A stretch of DNA of 64,000 nucleotides from Thecamonas trahens ATCC 50062 (Eukaryota; Protista; Apusomonadida), in NCBI RefSeq assembly GCF_000142905.1, contig NW_013657671.1, forward strand, positions 372,001 to 436,000. Reading direction: 5' to 3'. The notes beneath the pieces are model-generated. The model did not search any database and had not been told where the DNA came from. It worked only from the letters and a program-made list of their open reading frames with translations. A program made the position numbers and the translations under genes. Shown piece after piece: positions 58,874 to 64,000 of this stretch (positions are counted from its first letter, which is position 1; the number at the start of each line of letters is the position of its first letter).

Positions 58874-60004
58874 ATGGCCATCAAAGACGCATCCACCTCC
58901 CGCCTCACCGCTTATGTGGCAGTGTGTGTGGCAGCCGGCCTGGCGTCAGTCGTGGCGTGCCTGGCTGTCCTTCTCCTCCGTGGCCGGCGTCTGCTCTCTT
59001 CGCCGCCGCGACGTGCGCTCGGTGCCCTGTTCGCGTGTGATCTGGCGGCTGCTCTTGGCCTGGTTGTTGCTGGGTGTATGTGGCTGACTCCCTCGCTCCG
59101 CTACGACTCAGCCTGCTACGTCCTCGGTGCATGGGTCTACGGCTGGTATCTGGCGAGTTTTGTATGGACGGGTGCCTTTGCCCTCGAGATGTATTGCCTC
59201 CTCTCGGTCCGCCCACAGGCATCGGCTGCCGCCCGTCGCTTTGTCATCGCCTGCCTGGTCTCGGTCACTGTTCCTGGCGGTCTGCTGGCGCTGGTCTGCA
59301 TCCGCGCCGCGAACCAGCCGCCCGGCGCCGAAGTGCGCATCCATCACGGCGATCCGGACTCGTCGTGGTGCATGTGGGATCCACAGTCGTACTCGCTTGT
59401 CGAGATGCTCACCTTTTACGTCCCGCTCGCGCTGGCACTTGTTTGTGTCACGTGCCTCTACATCGCCATCAACCGTCGGCTCCGCTCAGCCATTGCCTCG
59501 TCTGGCATCGTGACCGACAAGGAGCGTGCCATGTCCAAGTCGGTCCGCACCTCATCGCTGCTCTACATCGGCATCTTTGTCCTCTGCTGGATGTTCTCGC
59601 TCGCGGCGGCAATTCTCAACAACATTGCCTACTTTTCGTCTCGCATCACTGGCAACGACCTCTTCCCGCTCTATCTTGCCATGGGTATCACTGCTCCCTC
59701 GCAGGGCTTTTTCAACGCCATCGTTTACGGCTTTGACGACTGCTGTGTAAGCGGAGCTCGGCGCCGCCGGCGCCGCCATGGTCGCGAGGCCGAAGCCCTC
59801 CTCTCCACCACCCCCACTGCAGGCTCGCCTTTTGTTGTTGCTCCTCTCTTTCGCTCCTCGGTTCAGGCCAACGACTCGTCGTCACACTTCCGGACACACG
59901 TCCCTACGCCGGTGCACTACGGCGCCGGTTCGTCGCCGGGCCTCGCTACCAGCTCGTCGTTTGTGGCTGCATCGGGCGAGTCGTCGCTTGGGCGCATGCG
60001 CTGA
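58874..60004 (+). CDS. 7-TM GPCR of the cAMP-receptor-like/GCR1/TMEM116 type
   Basis: Seven hydrophobic helices, 'C..LG....LASFVWTGAFA', 'SWCMW', 'LLYIGIFVLCW', 'PSQGFFNAIVYG'. Confidence 0.85.
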   Translation: MAIKDASTSRLTAYVAVCVAAGLASVVACLAVLLLRGRRLLSSPPRRALGALFACDLAAALGLVVAGCMWLTPSLRYDSACYVLGAWVYGWYLASFVWTGAFALEMYCLLSVRPQASAAARRFVIACLVSVTVPGGLLALVCIRAANQPPGAEVRIHHGDPDSSWCMWDPQSYSLVEMLTFYVPLALALVCVTCLYIAINRRLRSAIASSGIVTDKERAMSKSVRTSSLLYIGIFVLCWMFSLAAAILNNIAYFSSRITGNDLFPLYLAMGITAPSQGFFNAIVYGFDDCCVSGARRRRRRHGREAEALLSTTPTAGSPFVVAPLFRSSVQANDSSSHFRTHVPTPVHYGAGSSPGLATSSSFVAASGESSLGRMR

Positions 60005-60011
60005 TGATCAG

Positions 60012-63000
60012 CTACACTGGCGAGTGCATGCCAAGCTTGGTGTTGAAGTCGAGGTACAGCCGCTTCTGCGCCTTGAAGAATGCGGCGCGGACTTTGCGCT
60101 TGATGACTTCGTCCCATATGACGACGGCGACGCCCCAGGAAACCAAAAAGGCCCACCAAAGCGGACTGACGCGCTCGAGGAGCGCCGTCTGCCAAACACG
60201 GGCTGCCTCGATGAGCACCACTACACTGGCAACCAAGAGCCACGCTGGGTTCCGCCACGGAGCCACGACGCGCATCGAGTGGTAGTGGTGGTGGAAGACG
60301 GCCGATTCAACGAGTGCGAGCCAGACAAGAACCGTGACCACCGCGCCTGGTGCAGCGGCGGCTAGCGCGGTCCCGGCTGCAGCAGATGGTCCGACCCGCA
60401 AGGCGAGCTCTCGACTGATGGCACGAAGCTCTCGCGCGTGCCACCCGACGGTGTCGTTTTTGCGCGGAAGGAGCTTCATGATGCCCGGCGCCTCGGGCCC
60501 GGACATAAAGGCGAGAGAAACCAGTGGGACCACAAACCAGGCGATGTAGAGAACGGCCGCAGCCGAGACCTCGGCGCCAAGGCCAAGGCCGTAGAGGCCG
60601 ACCACAACAAGCGCGACGAGCAGATGAAGCGCCACCGTGTACATGTAAAACGCCGAGACCAAGTCTTGGACCCGACGCCCCTCGCGGATGAATGGGAGCA
60701 GCATCTGGAGCTGAGTATCCTTGGGCGCCTTGAGCGAGCAGGGAAGCGTCGTCAGCGCCCGCGAGACGTCGTCCATGGACGCGTACGCGTGCATGATCGA
60801 CGGCGCCACCGCCCGCGCCGCGGCGGTCGTCGACTCGCGGTGGCGGAGGCAGCGGAGCGGAAGCGATGGCTCAACCGCCATAGCAATGTCTGACTGCGCA
60901 AAAATGGGCGAGTTAAAGTAGTTGAGCGCCGAGCCGAGACAGAAGACCACATCACCATACTCTTGGAAAATCTCCATCATTTGTCGCGATGCTGAAGGCG
61001 TGGCCTCAGAAAAGAGCGGTACAAGGAGCGGGACGTTGTCGACGTACTTGATATGGCTTCGCATCTCGGACACACCGCGTGGGAGTCGGGCCTTGATCTC
61101 CGACATGCCGCGCGGGTCGTGCTCGACGTTCTCGACGGTCCGCTCCTGCAAGGTGATGCAGGTGTTAAAGTCGGTCTCGAGACCGAGCTTGTTGGCGAAC
61201 GACTTCGAGATGCGCTCGTTGTCAGGCGAAAAGTAGACGAGCCGGATGCCGGCCGAGTTGAGCTCCTTCACCACGACGTCCATGTTCCGCTTGGGCTGCT
61301 CGGCCAGGTTGACGAGGCCGAGGAAAATCTGCCCACGGAGCAGTGTTCGCAGCCGGGCGCCGTACCCGCGCCGCGCTTGGGTCCCCGACGCAAGGACGGC
61401 ATACGAGCCGGCGCCGCGGCGGGTCGTCGAAGCCGCCCACTCGGCAAAGACAACGTCCGAGACGTCGGCAACGTCGGCGAGCCAGCTCGCGTCCGAGAGA
61501 ACAGGCTTGTAGGCCATGCCAGTGGTGTGCCATCGGCCCCACTTTTGCGAGGTCTCCAGGATGCGTTCGCGGGCGGAGGGCGTTAGCTCGACAACTTGCG
61601 AGCCGTCAAAGGCCCACAGGCAGTGGGCCAGTACAAACTCAGGCGAGCCTTTGGTCATGACTTGCAGCTCGCCGTCGTCGTCAGCAACGACCGAGGCGTT
61701 GAGAAACGGCGCGGCCCACGACTTGTTCGTAGTCGAGCACCCGGGCAGCGCGTCGATGGCCTGCTGCGCCTTGGCGAAAAGCATGACCTCGTACTTGCGG
61801 GTGTAGACGGCCGGGACGGCATCGGTGAAGCCAATTTGCTGGGCAAGGAGGCACATGCACGCCCGGCCCGACTCGGCCGAGTTGAGCCGCTTCTGGTACG
61901 CGGTGAGCCAGCGAAGTCGGTCGTCGACGGTCGATGCGAGCAGCGGCGAGTCACAGAGCGGATTGAGAAGAGCAGCGAGGCCGAGCGGCTTCAGCGAGGT
62001 CATGAACGACGGCCAGTCGGCCTCGACAAATCGGAGCTCGTACTGCGCCTGCCGCCCGGTGTGGAGGTGCGATCGCAGCGGTTCTGCAGCTTCGGCCTCC
62101 TCCACCGAGCCGCCCGAGCCCACAGCCGGGCCGGCAGCAACAACGACGCCGGACGTGGCCCGGACCGAGACACCGTCGCCGACGTCCAAAACCGCGCCAC
62201 CCGTCGAGGCCGCGGGCGAGAGCGCGGCAGCCCATGTCTCGGCAAATGTCATTGGGACATCCTCACCCTCGGTGACGACGCCGGCTTGCCCAGCGGATGG
62301 CACCTGTGGAGCAAGGGTGAGGACGTGGTGCTCGGCGGTCGGCGCGAGAAAGAAGACCTTGTCGACAAGAAGCGACGGCCGCGAGATGACGCCCGAGCCG
62401 TCGACGCAGCAGAGGACCGTTGTGTCGCCGAGCGTGTACAGGAGATTGGTAGTCCGCGCGAGGCCGAGGCCGCGGCCCGAAACATACTTCCAGAATGAAG
62501 CCCATAGGAGCGAGAGCGGGAGCAGGGCTCGTTTGCGGGTAAAGAGCATGTCGCGCGAGTGGCGGATGGCAAACTCGTCGTCGAACTCGTCCATCTCGGA
62601 CGAGCCGAGCTCGTTGAACTGGTCCGACGAGATGTCAAACTCAAGGTCAGACGACTTGAACTCTGACGAGTTGGAGTTGAGCGCAACGTCTTCGGTCGAC
62701 GACGACGATGATGATGATGACGACGACGACGAGAAGAGCGGCGACGCCGCAAGCGACTCGTTGAGCTGGGTGATTTGCTTGAGCAGGTCAAAAATGAGGT
62801 GGAGCCGGGCGTTGCCATAAGCGGTGACCACAAAGACCGGAAGCGATGAGACAACAAGGGCAAGCACGACGTAGACTTGACGAAGGACGAGGATCTCGAG
62901 CCAGTCGATGAGCGCGCGCGGTTGTGTGCCCACAATGATCCAGGTAATGTTGGCGGCGGCGGCAAGCGCGACGAGGACAAGTGCAACGTTGTTGTAGTAC

Positions 63001-64000
63001 TTGCGGCCGAGGCGGAGTCGGGTCATGAACGGCGCCTCGCGGCGTGGGACCTTGGGTGGCTCGGCTGTTACAACCTTGCGCTCGGGTGGCGCAAAGGTGA
63101 GCGTGCTGAGCATGTCGCCGTCGGGCCCGGCCGAGGTGGCGTCAGCGGCAGTCGATGCCGGGTCGATAGCCTGTGACGCCGACTCGAGGCCGGTCACCAT
63201 AGGCGCGATGTCGGCGAGCGAGACAACGCCCGAGTCAGGAACAGGCTCGGACGCAAGAACCGAGGCGTCATCAGACGCAGCAGTAGGCGGGCCGGTGGGA
63301 AGGTCGGCGATCGGGAGCTCGTCAGGCGTGATGAGCGACGGGAGTGCAGCCGCAAAGAGGCGTGCGCCGCTAGCCACCGACATGGCCGACGCGACGGCGT
63401 GGGTCTGGGCGTCGTTAAAGCCGCGCGGGCGGGCAGATCGAGAAGAGAGCGGCGAGAGGACGTCGGAGGAGAACGACGAAGACGACGATAGTGACGAGAG
63501 CGACTGTGGAGGCGGGCCATCGGCAGCCTCAAGTGAGAGCGCATCGTCAGCGTCGTCAACGTGGAGCAGATCGGCGACGAGGTCGTCATCGGCCTCTTGC
63601 TCCTGCTGCTCCTCGAGTGGTTGACGTGGGTGCAAGCGCGAGTGCGGGCGCGAGTGCGGGCCATCAGCGGCCTCGCGAGCGAGCGCGTCGTGTGGGTGGG
63701 TGGCGAGCGCCGAGAGCTCTTCCTGCTGCTCGAACGAGTCACTCGCTGGTGACGGGTGGTCGGGCCCGAGGTTGGCGGCCTCGAGCGCGCGGCGGCGGTG
63801 GGCGCGGTCGAGGAAGAATATGTTCGTGTTGGCCGGCATGCAAAGGGCCACGTCGAGAGTCTTGGTGACCGGGGTGGCGGCGAGACGGAAGCGAGCACGA
63901 CCGCCGAGAGCATGGATGGCCGACTTGTGCTCGTGGCTCGGATCGACGGCGTAGGGGCGAGCCGGTTGATCGGCGGGTGGGTCTGCCACACAGTCGCAGG
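60012..64000 (-). CDS. TMEM94: TMEM94 (ERMA) P-type-ATPase-like protein, 5' end outside the window
   Basis: 'LGDTTVLCCVD..GVIS', 'AGIRLVYFS..SKSFANKLGLET', 'ARLPRGV..R.H...VDNVPLLVPLF', C-terminus 'QKRLYLDFNTKLGMHSPV'. Confidence 0.92.
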   Translation of the reverse strand, partial: CDCVADPPADQPARPYAVDPSHEHKSAIHALGGRARFRLAATPVTKTLDVALCMPANTNIFFLDRAHRRRALEAANLGPDHPSPASDSFEQQEELSALATHPHDALAREAADGPHSRPHSRLHPRQPLEEQQEQEADDDLVADLLHVDDADDALSLEAADGPPPQSLSSLSSSSSFSSDVLSPLSSRSARPRGFNDAQTHAVASAMSVASGARLFAAALPSLITPDELPIADLPTGPPTAASDDASVLASEPVPDSGVVSLADIAPMVTGLESASQAIDPASTAADATSAGPDGDMLSTLTFAPPERKVVTAEPPKVPRREAPFMTRLRLGRKYYNNVALVLVALAAAANITWIIVGTQPRALIDWLEILVLRQVYVVLALVVSSLPVFVVTAYGNARLHLIFDLLKQITQLNESLAASPLFSSSSSSSSSSSSTEDVALNSNSSEFKSSDLEFDISSDQFNELGSSEMDEFDDEFAIRHSRDMLFTRKRALLPLSLLWASFWKYVSGRGLGLARTTNLLYTLGDTTVLCCVDGSGVISRPSLLVDKVFFLAPTAEHHVLTLAPQVPSAGQAGVVTEGEDVPMTFAETWAAALSPAASTGGAVLDVGDGVSVRATSGVVVAAGPAVGSGGSVEEAEAAEPLRSHLHTGRQAQYELRFVEADWPSFMTSLKPLGLAALLNPLCDSPLLASTVDDRLRWLTAYQKRLNSAESGRACMCLLAQQIGFTDAVPAVYTRKYEVMLFAKAQQAIDALPGCSTTNKSWAAPFLNASVVADDDGELQVMTKGSPEFVLAHCLWAFDGSQVVELTPSARERILETSQKWGRWHTTGMAYKPVLSDASWLADVADVSDVVFAEWAASTTRRGAGSYAVLASGTQARRGYGARLRTLLRGQIFLGLVNLAEQPKRNMDVVVKELNSAGIRLVYFSPDNERISKSFANKLGLETDFNTCITLQERTVENVEHDPRGMSEIKARLPRGVSEMRSHIKYVDNVPLLVPLFSEATPSASRQMMEIFQEYGDVVFCLGSALNYFNSPIFAQSDIAMAVEPSLPLRCLRHRESTTAAARAVAPSIMHAYASMDDVSRALTTLPCSLKAPKDTQLQMLLPFIREGRRVQDLVSAFYMYTVALHLLVALVVVGLYGLGLGAEVSAAAVLYIAWFVVPLVSLAFMSGPEAPGIMKLLPRKNDTVGWHARELRAISRELALRVGPSAAAGTALAAAAPGAVVTVLVWLALVESAVFHHHYHSMRVVAPWRNPAWLLVASVVVLIEAARVWQTALLERVSPLWWAFLVSWGVAVVIWDEVIKRKVRAAFFKAQKRLYLDFNTKLGMHSPV

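Overview
GC-rich, very gene-dense, intron-poor eukaryotic DNA with two N-gaps. The gene content (BBS1, MIC10, WASHC4, COMMD1, fimbrin, NEDD4-type HECT, TMEM94) and base composition suggest a flagellated protist, possibly an apusomonad such as Thecamonas (inference only). About 23 host protein-coding genes can be reconstructed, nine with a single spliceosomal intron in the 5' part. Seven genes are split by eight single-base frameshifts that fall in or next to short homopolymers, most likely pyrosequencing-type errors. There are two DNA transposons: an intact hAT element (16-bp TIRs, perfect 8-bp TSD ACTACTTG) and an unannotated decayed piggyBac relic inserted at the TTAA containing the adenylate kinase stop codon. 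The most unusual items are: (i) a ~3,200-aa TPR-C2-C2-IQ protein ending in four tandem two-domain class III nucleotidyl-cyclase-like modules, only one domain retaining both metal-binding Asp residues; (ii) a head-to-head pair of Gly-rich/filamin/Cys-rich multi-TM receptor-like paralogues sharing a 467-bp ~99.6% identical inverted segment; (iii) a hidden PHD-F-box-LRR gene, a probable GET2/CAML, a bacterial-type Xpt with an NLS-like extension, and an apparently catalytically dead bacterial-type amidohydrolase.
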